A stretch of DNA of 64,000 nucleotides from Planctomycetota bacterium (GTDB taxonomy: Bacteria > Planctomycetota > UBA1135 > UBA2386), in assembly GCA_965223545.1 (NCBI GenBank), contig OZ245006.1:7136001-7200000 (forward strand), written 5' to 3'. Made by a program: the position numbers and the translations under genes. Shown here in pieces: positions 19,139 through 31,279 of this stretch. The notes under the pieces are model-generated. The model was not told where the DNA came from. It made no database searches and was given only the letters and a program-made list of their open reading frames with translations. Position 1 is the stretch's first letter. Each line of letters begins with the position of its first letter.

Positions 19139-20192
19139 AGAACTTCTGCTCGATGCGCGGCAGGGCATTCCAGACCAGGTTGCCGACGAAGCCGAGCGAG
19201 TCGGCGGAGACCCTCTCCATGGTGTCGAGCTCGGTGTGCCACCACGCCGTGTAGGTCCCCTCGGCCGGGGCCGGGCCGCGGTCGGGCGGCACGCCGTTCA
19301 CCTCCTGCGTCCGCAGGCGGTCGTCGGGCATGCGCCAGCGGAAATCGATCAGGTCGATGACCGCCACGCCGTAGTTCTTGAACGGCACGTGGTCGTCGGT
19401 CATCGGCGAGTTCCAGCGGTACATGACGTCGGCGCGGCCCATGGCGTCGGCGGTCGCGCCGAACAAGTCGAGCAACGTCTTGTTGGAGTAGTTGTCGCGA
19501 TCGATCTTCAGCTCGTGGTCGCCGATGAGGTCGAGCAGCACCATGACCTTGAGACGCTCGGCGAGGCCCTTGGGAAAGCGCTTCTTGTCGGCGGCCATGG
19601 TCTTGGCAAAGCGCTGGCTGCCCAGAAGCGACAGGCTGTTGTCGCGCACCCAGTCGAACTCGAGGCACTCCTCGCCGTCGAACCAGGCGATCCAGATGTT
19701 GGGGATGTTGTCGCGCGCCACGAGGTGGCGGGCCAGCTCGAGCAAGAGCCCGCAAGAGGCGGCGGCGTCCAGCGCGCCGATGAATGGAAACCGATGTGAC
19801 TCATCGGGATGCGTCTCGTCGGTCAGCTTGCTGTCGTAGTGCGCGGCGAGCAGCAGCACCGGCCCGTTCGCCGGATCGGCGCCCGGGATCTCGGTCCAGA
19901 TGTTGCGGAACGACACCTTGCGGGGCTTGCCGTAGACGGTGAGCTCCTGCTCCCAGGTGTCCTGCTGCGCCGTCAAGCCCAGCTTCTCGACTTCCGCGAT
20001 CAAGTAGTCGCCGACCTTGCGCAAGTTGCTCGATCCGGGCGGGCGGGGACCGAAATCGCAAATCGCGGCGGTGTGTGCACGGGCGCGCGCGCCGTCCACG
20101 GGCCCGGCTGAAGTGTCACAGGCCGCGGCCAGGAGCAGTGCACCGATGGTGCCGAAGGTGCGGGCGCGGTGGCTTGGACGGAAACCGTTCAT
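19128..20192 (-). CDS. M28-family peptidase/glutaminyl cyclase-like lipoprotein (paralog 1)
   Basis: Lipobox [47 protein letters not shown]. Confidence 0.88.
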   Translation of the reverse strand: MNGFRPSHRARTFGTIGALLLAAACDTSAGPVDGARARAHTAAICDFGPRPPGSSNLRKVGDYLIAEVEKLGLTAQQDTWEQELTVYGKPRKVSFRNIWTEIPGADPANGPVLLLAAHYDSKLTDETHPDESHRFPFIGALDAAASCGLLLELARHLVARDNIPNIWIAWFDGEECLEFDWVRDNSLSLLGSQRFAKTMAADKKRFPKGLAERLKVMVLLDLIGDHELKIDRDNYSNKTLLDLFGATADAMGRADVMYRWNSPMTDDHVPFKNYGVAVIDLIDFRWRMPDDRLRTQEVNGVPPDRGPAPAEGTYTAWWHTELDTMERVSADSLGFVGNLVWNALPRIEQKFYAQ

Positions 20193-20367
20193 CTTGGGCG
20201 GCGAGGCTAACCGATACCTGGGATGCGCGGCACTTCCGTCCTATGTCGTTTGTGCGACGGCATCGGCAGGAGGGCGCGCACCCCCTGGTAAGGTGACGCC
20301 CTGCCACCCTGGCAAACTCCCACAACCCCCGATCGCTCCCGTCGCGACCCGCTGGGCGGAGGACGAG

Positions 20368-22401
<2,034 letters not shown>

Positions 22402-22463
22402 GCCGCGCGGCAGACAACCCGGCCGTGCCGGCGTTCGAGAATCGCGACTGAAGGGGGTTCGAG

Positions 22464-23561
22464 GTGCGCAAGATCGATCAGGATCACACGCGGTTCCGCG
22501 ACATCGTTCGCGGCCGCATCAAGGAGGACCTGAAGAAGTTCGTCACCTCCGGCGAGATGATCGGCAAGCAGGGCAAGCGGCTGATCAGCATCCCGCTGCC
22601 GCAGATCGACCTGCCGCGCTTCAAGTACGGGCAGAACCAGGGTCGCGGCGTGGGCCAGGGCGAGGGCGAGGCCGGCCAGCCGATCGACGGCGAGGGCGAG
22701 GGCGAAGGGCAGGCCGGCGACCAGGAGGGGCAGCACACCCTCGAGGTCGACGTCAGTCTGGAGGATTTGGCCAAGATCTTGGGCGAGGAGCTCGAGCTGC
22801 CCAACATCGAACCGCGCGGTGCCAAGACGATCCGCTCGCGCGCCGGCAAGTTCACCGGCATCTCCCGGGTGGGGCCGCAGAGCCTGCGGCACTTCAAGCG
22901 CTCGTTCCGCGAGGCGCTGAAGCGGCAGATCGCGTCGGGCACCTACGACCACGAACGGCCGGTGGTGGTGCCCATCAAGGAGGACATGCGCTACCGCTCG
23001 ATGACGCTGCGCGAGGAGCCGCAGGCGAGCGCCGCGATCATCTACATGATGGACGTGTCCGGCAGCATGGGGCGCGAGCAGAAGGAGATCGTGCGCATCG
23101 AGGCGTTCTGGATCGATACCTGGTTGCGGCACCAGTACAAGAACCTCGAGGTCAACTACATCGTGCACGACGCGGTGGCGCACATGGTCGACCAGCACAC
23201 GTTCTTCCACTTGCGCGAGTCGGGCGGCACCAAGATCAGCTCGGCCTACGAGCTGTGCTTGCGGCTGATGGAGGAGCGGTATCCGGCGTCCGAGTGGAAC
23301 ATCTACCCGTTCCACTTCTCGGATGGCGACAACTGGTCCTCGCGCGACACCGAGCGCTGCATGGACCTGCTGCGCAGCTCGATCCTGCCGCAGGTCAACC
23401 AGTTCTGCTACGGCCAGGTGAAGAGCGCGTACGGCTCGGGCCAGTTCAAGAAGGACCTGGACGGCGCCTTCAAGAGCGACGAGCGCATGGTCACCAGCGA
23501 CATCCTCGACCGCGACGGAATCCTGCCGTCGATCAAGACCTTCTTGGGCAAGGGGAGGTGA
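22464..23561 (+). CDS. yeaH: YeaH/YhbH (DUF444) vWA-like protein
   Basis: [34 protein letters not shown]. Operonic with prkA. Confidence 0.92.
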   Translation: MRKIDQDHTRFRDIVRGRIKEDLKKFVTSGEMIGKQGKRLISIPLPQIDLPRFKYGQNQGRGVGQGEGEAGQPIDGEGEGEGQAGDQEGQHTLEVDVSLEDLAKILGEELELPNIEPRGAKTIRSRAGKFTGISRVGPQSLRHFKRSFREALKRQIASGTYDHERPVVVPIKEDMRYRSMTLREEPQASAAIIYMMDVSGSMGREQKEIVRIEAFWIDTWLRHQYKNLEVNYIVHDAVAHMVDQHTFFHLRESGGTKISSAYELCLRLMEERYPASEWNIYPFHFSDGDNWSSRDTERCMDLLRSSILPQVNQFCYGQVKSAYGSGQFKKDLDGAFKSDERMVTSDILDRDGILPSIKTFLGKGR

Positions 23562-23565
23562 AGCG

Positions 23566-25095
23566 GTGGGCAACCTGACTCCGGAGCTGGCCCGTCTCAA
23601 GGAGGAGACCAGCGAGTTGGCCGCGCGCTACGGTCTGGACTTCTACGAGGTGATCTTCGAGCTGGTCGACTACGACGAGCTCAACATGATCGCCGCCTAC
23701 GGCGGCTTCCCGACGCGCTACCCGCACTGGCGCTTCGGCATGGAGTACGAGCAGCTCAGCAAGAGCTACGCCTGGGGTCTGTCGAAGATCTACGAGCTCG
23801 TGATCAACAACGACCCCTGCTACGCGTACCTGATGCGCAGCAACTCGTTGACCGATCAGAAGCTGGTGATGGCGCACGTCTACGGCCATTGCGACTTCTT
23901 CAAGAACAACCTGTGGTTCAGCAAGACGTCGCGCAAGATGATGGACGTGATGGCGAACCACGGCGCCCGCGTGCGGCGCTACATGGATCGCTACGGCGTC
24001 GAGCGCGTCGAGAACTTCATCGACTCGGTGCTGTCGATCGACAACCTGATCGACGTGTACTCCCCGTTCATCGACCGCGGTACCAGGCGGAACGCCGGGC
24101 CTGAGGACGATCGCGCTACCGAGGACTACAAGATCGCGGCCAAGGACTACATGGACCGCTACATCAACCCGCCCGACCACCTGCGGCGGGAGCGCGAGCG
24201 GCGGCAGAAGGAAGCGCAGGAGCGCCGCCGCACGCCGGCGAAGCCGCAGCGCGACGTCCTGCTGTTCCTGATGGAGCACGCCCCGCTGGAGACCTGGCAG
24301 CAGGACGTGATCGGCTTGCTGCGGGAGGAGGCGTACTACTTCGCCCCGCAGGGCATGACCAAGATCATGAACGAAGGCTGGGCGGTGTACTGGCACTCGA
24401 GCTTGATGACCAAGCACCTGCTGGAGGCTTCGGAAGTGGTGAACTATGCCGACTCGCACTCCGGCACGCTGTTCACCCGGCCTGGCCAGATCAACCCGTA
24501 CAAGATGGGTGTCGAGCTGTTTCGCGACATCGAAGAACGTTGGAATCGCGGCAAGTTCGGTCTCGAGTACGAGCAGTGCGACGATGCCGACGCCAAGCGA
24601 AACTGGGATCGCGATCTGGGCGAGGGGCGCGAGAAGATCTTCCAGGTCCGCCAGATCTACAACGACGTGACCTTCATCGACGAGTTCGTCAATGCGGAGT
24701 TCGCCGAGGCGCAGAAGCTGTACGTCTACGGCTTCAACCCGGCGACCGGCCGGCACGAGATCGTCGACCGCGACTACCGCAAGGTGAAGGCGCAGCTACT
24801 GAATGCGCTCACCAACTTCGGCAATCCGATCATTTCGGTGATGGACGCCAACCACAAGAATCGCGGCGAGCTGTATCTGTACCACGAGTGGGCCGGGACC
24901 GATCTGCAGTTCGACTTCGCGATGCAGACGTTGACCAACATCCACTCGATGTGGGGGCGGCCGGTGCACATCGAAACCCGCGAGGAGGGCAAGCCGCGGC
25001 TGTTGTCGTTCGACGGCAACGAGGCGGTGATGCGCGAGATCAGCGCCTCGCAGCCCGGCGGCGAGGTCGTCGGCCAAGCCACCGCCGACGCCTGA
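23566..25095 (+). CDS. spoVR: SpoVR/YcgB family protein
   Basis: RYPHWRFG, IYELVINNDPC, AHVYGHCDFFKNN, TKIMNEGWA. Confidence 0.95.
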   Translation: MGNLTPELARLKEETSELAARYGLDFYEVIFELVDYDELNMIAAYGGFPTRYPHWRFGMEYEQLSKSYAWGLSKIYELVINNDPCYAYLMRSNSLTDQKLVMAHVYGHCDFFKNNLWFSKTSRKMMDVMANHGARVRRYMDRYGVERVENFIDSVLSIDNLIDVYSPFIDRGTRRNAGPEDDRATEDYKIAAKDYMDRYINPPDHLRRERERRQKEAQERRRTPAKPQRDVLLFLMEHAPLETWQQDVIGLLREEAYYFAPQGMTKIMNEGWAVYWHSSLMTKHLLEASEVVNYADSHSGTLFTRPGQINPYKMGVELFRDIEERWNRGKFGLEYEQCDDADAKRNWDRDLGEGREKIFQVRQIYNDVTFIDEFVNAEFAEAQKLYVYGFNPATGRHEIVDRDYRKVKAQLLNALTNFGNPIISVMDANHKNRGELYLYHEWAGTDLQFDFAMQTLTNIHSMWGRPVHIETREEGKPRLLSFDGNEAVMREISASQPGGEVVGQATADA

Positions 25096-25215
25096 GACGG
25101 GACCCAGCCGTCGGCGCCATCGGCGCGGGTTGTCTCGCATTGGTCCGCCGGTGGCGCCGCGGCTCAAGGGGCGTTGTCCTTCTGCCCGACAGCAGAGGGC
25201 CAGAAGGAACGCACC

Positions 25216-26079
25216 ATGAGATTCGTCACCACCTCTTGTCTCGCCCTTGGCATGGGCCTCGCCACCGGTTGCGTGACGGCGCCCGAGGCGCCGCCGCCGG
25301 CGGCTCCCGTCCACGTCCAACCCCCGGCGGCGCCGGCGGTCGAAGCCGAACCGGTCGCGGTCGAGCCGGTCGCGGCCGAGCCGCCGGCTGCGTGGGAACC
25401 CGTCGAGCCACGTCCCTCGGAGTCCGAGGAGCCGGAGTTGCTCGCCGCCGATCCGGTGGCCGAGGAGTTGCCGAGCGAGCCCGTCGCCGCGCCGGCCGAC
25501 GAGCCGCAGGCTGAAGTCGAGCAGCCGTCGCAGTGGACGGGTGAGCTGATGTGCGTGCCGTTCTCGTGCCAAGCCGATCCGATGGCACGGGTGTGGTGCG
25601 AGGTCGAGTGCGAGCTGCCGGTGCAGGATGCCGGCGACGAGGCCCCGGCCGAGTCCGAGTCCCCCGCGCAGCCCGTGGTCGTCGACCAGAGCGAGGACGG
25701 CCAGCCCCTCGCCGGTGTCGACGGGGCGCTGCCGGTGTCGGACGATGCGTCGGCCGCGCCGCCGGCCCCGGCGACCGAGGTCGCCGTCGGCACGGAAGTG
25801 CCGGAAGTCGAGCCCGCGGCCGAGGAACTCGAGGTCGAGGTCGAAGCCGAGGTGGAGGTGGGGCCGTTGGACGGTGCCGCCCAGCGCGCGCTGTACGAGG
25901 CCATGCGTGAGGACATCCGCGCCGGTGACCTGGCGGCGGCGCACCGCCGCTTCCTCGCCGCGCAAGACCGGATGCCGCGGCCCGACGACGCCGAGGGTGC
26001 CGCCGCGCACGACGACGTGCAGCTGTTGGCGCGCTACGTCGACGGCATGCTGCACCAGTCGCGCAACGCCAGCCGCTGA
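25216..26079 (+). CDS. Acidic, Pro/Ala/Glu-rich lipoprotein
   Basis: Lipobox LATGC after ATG 25216 with an AAGGA RBS. Low-complexity body and helical C-terminus. Confidence 0.75.
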   Translation: MRFVTTSCLALGMGLATGCVTAPEAPPPAAPVHVQPPAAPAVEAEPVAVEPVAAEPPAAWEPVEPRPSESEEPELLAADPVAEELPSEPVAAPADEPQAEVEQPSQWTGELMCVPFSCQADPMARVWCEVECELPVQDAGDEAPAESESPAQPVVVDQSEDGQPLAGVDGALPVSDDASAAPPAPATEVAVGTEVPEVEPAAEELEVEVEAEVEVGPLDGAAQRALYEAMREDIRAGDLAAAHRRFLAAQDRMPRPDDAEGAAAHDDVQLLARYVDGMLHQSRNASR

Positions 26080-26109
26080 TCCGCGACCGCGCCGCGCCCG
26101 CGTGGTAAG

Positions 26110-26952
26110 GTGCGGCGCGCGGTGGCCGTCGAGCGGGTCTGGATTTGGTATCTGAGCACGGTGACGGCCGCGGTGGCGGCCGTCGCGCTGGTCGACGGTG
26201 CTCCGGGGGGGCGACCGTGGGCGTACGTCGCCCTGCACGGGGGCCTGTTGGCTGCCGTGCTGGCGGGGCGCGGCTGGATGGCTCGCCTGCCCGCGGTGCG
26301 CGCCCGCGCGCTGCGCGCCGGGTTCTGCCTGCTCGCCATCCCGGTGGTGTTTTCAGCGATGGGGTGGGTGCTCCCCGCCGTGCACCCCGAGGCCTACGAG
26401 TGGCGTTGGATCGCCGCCGACCAGGCGTTGCTCGGCACCGACCCGACCCGCGCGGTGCAGCCGCTGCTGGCGCCTTGGTTGGTCGAGGTGCTGCAGCTGG
26501 CGTACTCGAGCTTCTACGCCTTGCCGGTGATCGCCGTGCTCGCCGCCGGCATCGGGCGCGGGGCGGCCGCGTTCGACAACGCCTTGTTGGTGGTGACCTT
26601 CGGCTTCTTGCTCAGCTACCTGGGCTACTTCTTGTGGCCGACGCTGCCGCCGTACCGGTTCTTGCCGCACGACACCGCGCTGCGCGGCGTTTGGCTCGCC
26701 GACACCCTGTACGCGGCGCTCGACGCCGCTGAGGTGCACCGATGGAACTGCTTTCCCAGCGGCCACACGATGCTGAGCGTGATCAGTCTGGTGTTGGTCC
26801 GGCGGCAGCGCGCGGTGTTCTGGGGCATGGCGCCGGTCGTGGTGCTGCTGATCGCCAGCACGGTGATGCTGCGCTACCACTACGTCGTCGACGTGCTCGC
26901 CGGGGTGGCGGCGGTGCCGCTCGCGCTTTGGCTCGTGCGCTGGTTGCGCTGA
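26110..26952 (+). CDS. PAP2-superfamily (Aur1/IPC-synthase-like) membrane phosphatase/phosphotransferase
   Basis: Multiple TM helices; WPTLPP, CFPSGHT, RYHYVVDVLAG. Confidence 0.88.
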   Translation: MRRAVAVERVWIWYLSTVTAAVAAVALVDGAPGGRPWAYVALHGGLLAAVLAGRGWMARLPAVRARALRAGFCLLAIPVVFSAMGWVLPAVHPEAYEWRWIAADQALLGTDPTRAVQPLLAPWLVEVLQLAYSSFYALPVIAVLAAGIGRGAAAFDNALLVVTFGFLLSYLGYFLWPTLPPYRFLPHDTALRGVWLADTLYAALDAAEVHRWNCFPSGHTMLSVISLVLVRRQRAVFWGMAPVVVLLIASTVMLRYHYVVDVLAGVAAVPLALWLVRWLR

Positions 26953-27002
26953 GACGCGAGGGTCAGCCAGTCTCTCGCCGTTCACGATTTTGGATCGCCC
27001 CA

Positions 27003-28139
27003 CTAGCGGCGGCGTGCGGGTGGCTTCTCTTCTTCGCCGAGCAGCGCGTCGAGCAGCGCGGCGATCGGTTCGAAGCTGCGGAGGATGTAATCGATGATGC
27101 GAGTGAAGGGCGAGAGGATATGCACCAGCTCGCGGTCCCAACGCCACGGAGTGTGCGTGCGCCGGTAGTTGAACACGATGTGCTGGTTGGTCAGCAGCCC
27201 GGCGATCGAGCGGCCGGCGGTCGCTGGCGGCGCCGCGCGGAACTCGGCGGACCAGACCTCGAACCACTGCCAGTGGACCTGCTCGCGGAGCATGGTCGGC
27301 GCGAGCGACAGTGCCTCGCCCGCCAGCGCGACGCTGACCGGAACGCGAAAGTAGCGCGACTCCCGGGCGCTCTCGATGCGACCGACCAGCGAGCACTCGG
27401 CCACGTCGGGCCGCGCCGCGACCCAGCGACCATTGGCGACGTGCTGCACCGGTGGTCGCGCCAGCGGCTCGCCTTCGGGGTCGAGCCAGCCGACGGCCGT
27501 GACCGGTCGGCTGCCACGCACTCCGCGGCCGGTGCCGGGGTCCGTGGTCAGCAGTCGGTACCAAGGCTGTCGGGCGAATCCGGCGAGACAGCGCCGCACA
27601 TCATCGCCCACTTCGGCGGACCGCAGTGGGGTGGAGTGCGCGAACCGCGCCGCCGTCTGCGCGTCCAGCTCCTGGCAGACGCTCTTCAGCGGGGCCATCC
27701 CGGTGAACGTGAGCCCCGCGTTGGGCGCGGCGCGGTGCTGGTAGTCTGACTGGGTCAGCCGTGCGCTCCACCGCCTGGGCGCCGAGCTCTCGAGCCAGGC
27801 GCGCCCGCGGCGCACCGGCGGCTGCAGAGTGAGCCAGATCGGCGGTTGCTCGCGTTCGGCAAGCAGTGCGGGAGCCCCGTCGGTGGCCACCGGCGACAAG
27901 GCCAGGTGGATCGGGGCGGCGGGGAGCTCGACGCCTTCCTGCTGGCGTGCCTCGCTGACGACGCACGGCACCGTCGTGGTGTGGATTTGCGGTGGTCGCT
28001 CGGGCACCAGGCCCCACAGCGTCCGGGTGATGCACGCCGGCAGCAGGAGGAGGAGCGTCAACGCCGCCGCGCGCGGAGCGCGGGCGGCTGCGACAACACC
28101 GTCCACGATCCCACTCGCGATCCCACTCGCGGAACGCAT
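27003..28139 (-). CDS. Hypothetical lipoprotein
   Basis: Hydrophobic stretch ending LLPAC. It fills the gap between neighbours. Start uncertain. Confidence 0.55.
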   Translation of the reverse strand: MRSASGIASGIVDGVVAAARAPRAAALTLLLLLPACITRTLWGLVPERPPQIHTTTVPCVVSEARQQEGVELPAAPIHLALSPVATDGAPALLAEREQPPIWLTLQPPVRRGRAWLESSAPRRWSARLTQSDYQHRAAPNAGLTFTGMAPLKSVCQELDAQTAARFAHSTPLRSAEVGDDVRRCLAGFARQPWYRLLTTDPGTGRGVRGSRPVTAVGWLDPEGEPLARPPVQHVANGRWVAARPDVAECSLVGRIESARESRYFRVPVSVALAGEALSLAPTMLREQVHWQWFEVWSAEFRAAPPATAGRSIAGLLTNQHIVFNYRRTHTPWRWDRELVHILSPFTRIIDYILRSFEPIAALLDALLGEEEKPPARRR

Positions 28140-28187
28140 GGGCGCATCATAGCACCCTGCTGCGGCGGCCCGGCGCCGGCCAGAAGA

Positions 28188-30221
28188 TCAGGGCTCCGCG
28201 CGGCGCTCGTAGACGAAGTGCTCGCCGCGCTGCGAGATGTCCTCGCACACCGTCATGATCTCGGCGAGCGCGTCGCGGTGCGGAGCGAGGTCGGGGTCCG
28301 CGGCGGCGAGCTCTTCCACCGTCAGCGGCCGCGCCGCTTGCCGCAGTGCCGCCAGCAGGCGCGCCGCGAGCGCTTGACTGCTGTCGGCCGCGTCCGCGGA
28401 GTAGCGGACGTGGGTCTCGTCGTGGTCGTAGGGTCCGTAACGCCGCAGGACGTCGCAGAGCATCGCGCCGGTGACGAACGCGCTGGCCAGGCTCGAGGCG
28501 TGCACGGCGGCCAGTACGTCTTCGATGCGCGCGCTGCCGCCGCCGCCCTGCAGCTCGGCGTTGACCACCCGCCGCAGCTCGTTGAGTCGCCGGCGGCTGA
28601 ACGGATAGTTGCTGCAGAGGTCGACGCGGTCCTCGCCGGGATACAGGAACAGGCGGTTCTGGCCGAGCAGGCGCAACACGCGCGGCCGTCGCGCCTCCGG
28701 GTAGTTCTCGACGAACCGGCTGAGCGGGATCTCGCCCATCGCCTGGCGCAGCGAGCGCTCGACCGAGGCGACGAACGGCGGCAGCTCCTGGTCACGCGGG
28801 CAGAACTCGCCGCGGCCCAGATCGCGCAGCCGCGGATCGCGGCGCAGCAACGCCGCCACCAGGAAGAGATCGCGCCCCTTGGTGGTGCGCTGCGGCACGA
28901 CTTCGCGGACGTGGCAACGGCCCGTGGCGCGCAGCGTCGAGCTGGCGTCGTCGGCGCGTGGCGCCAGGCGCAACAGGTCCTCGGAGCAGCGCTCGTAGAG
29001 GTCCCACTGATCGTCGCCGACCTCGGCGAACCGGCTGTCGGCGCGGAGCCGGGCCAGCACCCGCGACCGCCGGACCCCGCCGTGCGCATCCCGGTGCAGA
29101 GCGCAGAGCTGGCGCGCGCTCTGTGGCATCGACTGGCTCCCCAGCAGGGCGAAGAGCCGGTCGGCCAACGCGTCGGGCGGCAGCGCGACCACCTCCCCGC
29201 GGTCGGGCTCCTGCACGACGCGGAGCCGACGGCGGCGCGCCAGCAGGTGCAGCAAGAAGCCCCGGTCGATGCGCACACCGGCGTCGGCGAGCAGGTGCTC
29301 CAGGTCGCCGATCGCCATCGGCAGCAGCACCGGCCGCGTCAGTGCGCGCAGCAGCCGGCGGGCGCGGCGCACGTCGGCCAGCGGAGTGCGGACCAGGGCG
29401 TGGCCGCAGAGATGGAACTCCGTCGGGTAGCAGAAGCACAGCACCCGGAACGGCAACAGCGGGTCGTGCCCATCGCGCGCGCAGGTGTCGAGCAGCGTGC
29501 CCTGTGTCAACCGCTCGCGGGTGACGAACCCACTCCAGGCCGCCATCTCGTCGAGGGCCTGCACGCGCAGCAGATGGGTGATGCGCGCGGCGCGGCCGAC
29601 GACGCGTAAGCGCAGCGCCTCGAGCTGGTGCTCCATGTGCCGCGCCGAGATCTGGCGGGCGTGGGCGAGCGCGTGCACGCCGATCGGCGGGCCGGCGAGG
29701 CCGAGGCGCTCGCGCAGCAGCGTGCGCTCGTCCGGCTCGAGGTCGGCGCACAGCTGCGCCTCGATCTCGGCCAGGGTGCGCACGCCGCTCAGGCCGTGCG
29801 CCCAGTCGGTGCCGTGCTGGAGGACGGTGTCGAGCGCGTCGTGCAGGCGCGCGTGCGCGCGTTCGCCGAGCAGGCCCACCAGCTCGTCGGAGCGCAGCAG
29901 GTCACCGACGGTGATCAGGCCGCGCTCGTTGAGCTGGCGGCGCAGCTCCTCGTCGACCGGCAGGCGGTCGGTCGGACAGTCGGTCAGGCGTGCCGGCAGG
30001 AGGCTGGGGTCTTGCAGCGGCTGCACGCCGCGCTGCGCCGCTTTGACCAAAGCCCGGTAGTGTTTGGACTCGACCCCGGGCACGCTCAACACGCGTTGGC
30101 GCGGCGCGCGCAGGAAGTCCTGGACCGTCTCGATGCCGAGCAGCTCGAGCGCCTTCGTCGCGCGCGGACTGCCGAGCAGCTCGATCAGCGGAACCGATGG
30201 TCGCTTCGCCTTGGCTTCCAT
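28188..30221 (-). CDS. Multi-domain protein: two RNAP alpha-CTD-like (HhH) domains, a sigma region-4-like HTH and several winged-helix domains
   Basis: GSPRATKALELLGIETVQDFL..VLSVPGV; LNERGLITVGDLL; LEPDERTLLRERLGLAGPP; LRADSRFAEVGDDQWDL. ATG 30221 overlaps the upstream TGA. Confidence 0.7.
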   Translation of the reverse strand: MEAKAKRPSVPLIELLGSPRATKALELLGIETVQDFLRAPRQRVLSVPGVESKHYRALVKAAQRGVQPLQDPSLLPARLTDCPTDRLPVDEELRRQLNERGLITVGDLLRSDELVGLLGERAHARLHDALDTVLQHGTDWAHGLSGVRTLAEIEAQLCADLEPDERTLLRERLGLAGPPIGVHALAHARQISARHMEHQLEALRLRVVGRAARITHLLRVQALDEMAAWSGFVTRERLTQGTLLDTCARDGHDPLLPFRVLCFCYPTEFHLCGHALVRTPLADVRRARRLLRALTRPVLLPMAIGDLEHLLADAGVRIDRGFLLHLLARRRRLRVVQEPDRGEVVALPPDALADRLFALLGSQSMPQSARQLCALHRDAHGGVRRSRVLARLRADSRFAEVGDDQWDLYERCSEDLLRLAPRADDASSTLRATGRCHVREVVPQRTTKGRDLFLVAALLRRDPRLRDLGRGEFCPRDQELPPFVASVERSLRQAMGEIPLSRFVENYPEARRPRVLRLLGQNRLFLYPGEDRVDLCSNYPFSRRRLNELRRVVNAELQGGGGSARIEDVLAAVHASSLASAFVTGAMLCDVLRRYGPYDHDETHVRYSADAADSSQALAARLLAALRQAARPLTVEELAAADPDLAPHRDALAEIMTVCEDISQRGEHFVYERRAEP

Positions 30222-31279
30222 CACTGCATCCCCGTGGTGTGTGGTGGTCGAACCACGCGCCATTTGGGCAACACCGGCCCCTGCGCGGCGCGCTCGGCGT
30301 CTGCCAATCGGTCTGCCGGCAGGAAGCCCCGCAGTCGCGCGGCGTCGGCGCCGTGGTGGCGGAGCAACGCGACGGCCGCGGCGAACACCACGTCCGGCTG
30401 CCCGGTCCGCAGCAGGTGGCGCAGCGGGGCCTCGGCAGTCGGCGCGCGCACCCGGCCGAGCAGCTCCACCGCGTGCGCGGTGCCGCGGGAGTCGCGCGCC
30501 AGGTGCCGGCCGACCGCGGCGGCGGCGGCGGCGGCATCGATCTCCAGCACCGCTGCGCGCAGCAGGGGCCGCAGGGCGTCGGCGCGGCCGTGCAGGTAAG
30601 CCCGCACCACGTCGCCGACGCACTCGGTCAGCTGCAGGCGCGCGGCGGCGCGCAGCAGTGGCGGGGTCGTGTGGGCCGCCGGCTGGTCGAGCGACGCGCG
30701 CAGCGCCGCGGCGATCTCCCGGCGGGCGAGCGGACCGGCCAGCTGCGGCCTGGCCAGCCGCGGTAGCTCCATCGCCGCATCGCGCCGGACGCGCGCGTGC
30801 TGCGACCCGACGGCGTCCAGCAGAAGGTCGAGGCGACCGGCGTCGTCGGTGGCCGCCCGCCAGGCGCGCGCGAAGGTGAGCACGGCGGGGTCGGCCGCGA
30901 CCAGCGCGCGGGCGCCGCTGGCGGCGAGCTGCCAGCCCGAGCCGGCGCGGCGCAGGAACACCAGGTACTCTCCGGCCGGCAGGGCGTGCAGGGCGCGGCC
31001 GCAGCAACGCCCGGCGGGTTCGCTCAGTCGGAGCGCGCTGCCGAGCGCTCCGCGCCAGCTTTGCACCACCCGCAGCTGGATCGAGTGGGTGGCGCCGTCG
31101 GCCGAGGTCTGCGGACCGGAGTTCGCGTGTACTTGCGCGATGCCGTCGGCGTTGTCGATCAGTCCGGACAGGGTCGTCGCCGCGTCTTGCCCGCGGACGT
31201 GGGACAGCAGACCCAAGAGCATCGCGCCGCAGGAGGCGAGCTGGCGCAGGTGTGGCATCGACGGGTTCATCTGGCTCAC
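30221..31279 (-). CDS. Secreted protein with an N-terminal beta domain (YLVFL motif) and HEAT-like helical repeats
   Basis: Signal peptide ending VRG|Q; ARVRRDAAMEL and PDVVFAAAVALL. GTG overlaps the upstream stop. Confidence 0.7.
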   Translation of the reverse strand: MSQMNPSMPHLRQLASCGAMLLGLLSHVRGQDAATTLSGLIDNADGIAQVHANSGPQTSADGATHSIQLRVVQSWRGALGSALRLSEPAGRCCGRALHALPAGEYLVFLRRAGSGWQLAASGARALVAADPAVLTFARAWRAATDDAGRLDLLLDAVGSQHARVRRDAAMELPRLARPQLAGPLARREIAAALRASLDQPAAHTTPPLLRAAARLQLTECVGDVVRAYLHGRADALRPLLRAAVLEIDAAAAAAAVGRHLARDSRGTAHAVELLGRVRAPTAEAPLRHLLRTGQPDVVFAAAVALLRHHGADAARLRGFLPADRLADAERAAQGPVLPKWRVVRPPHTTGMQ

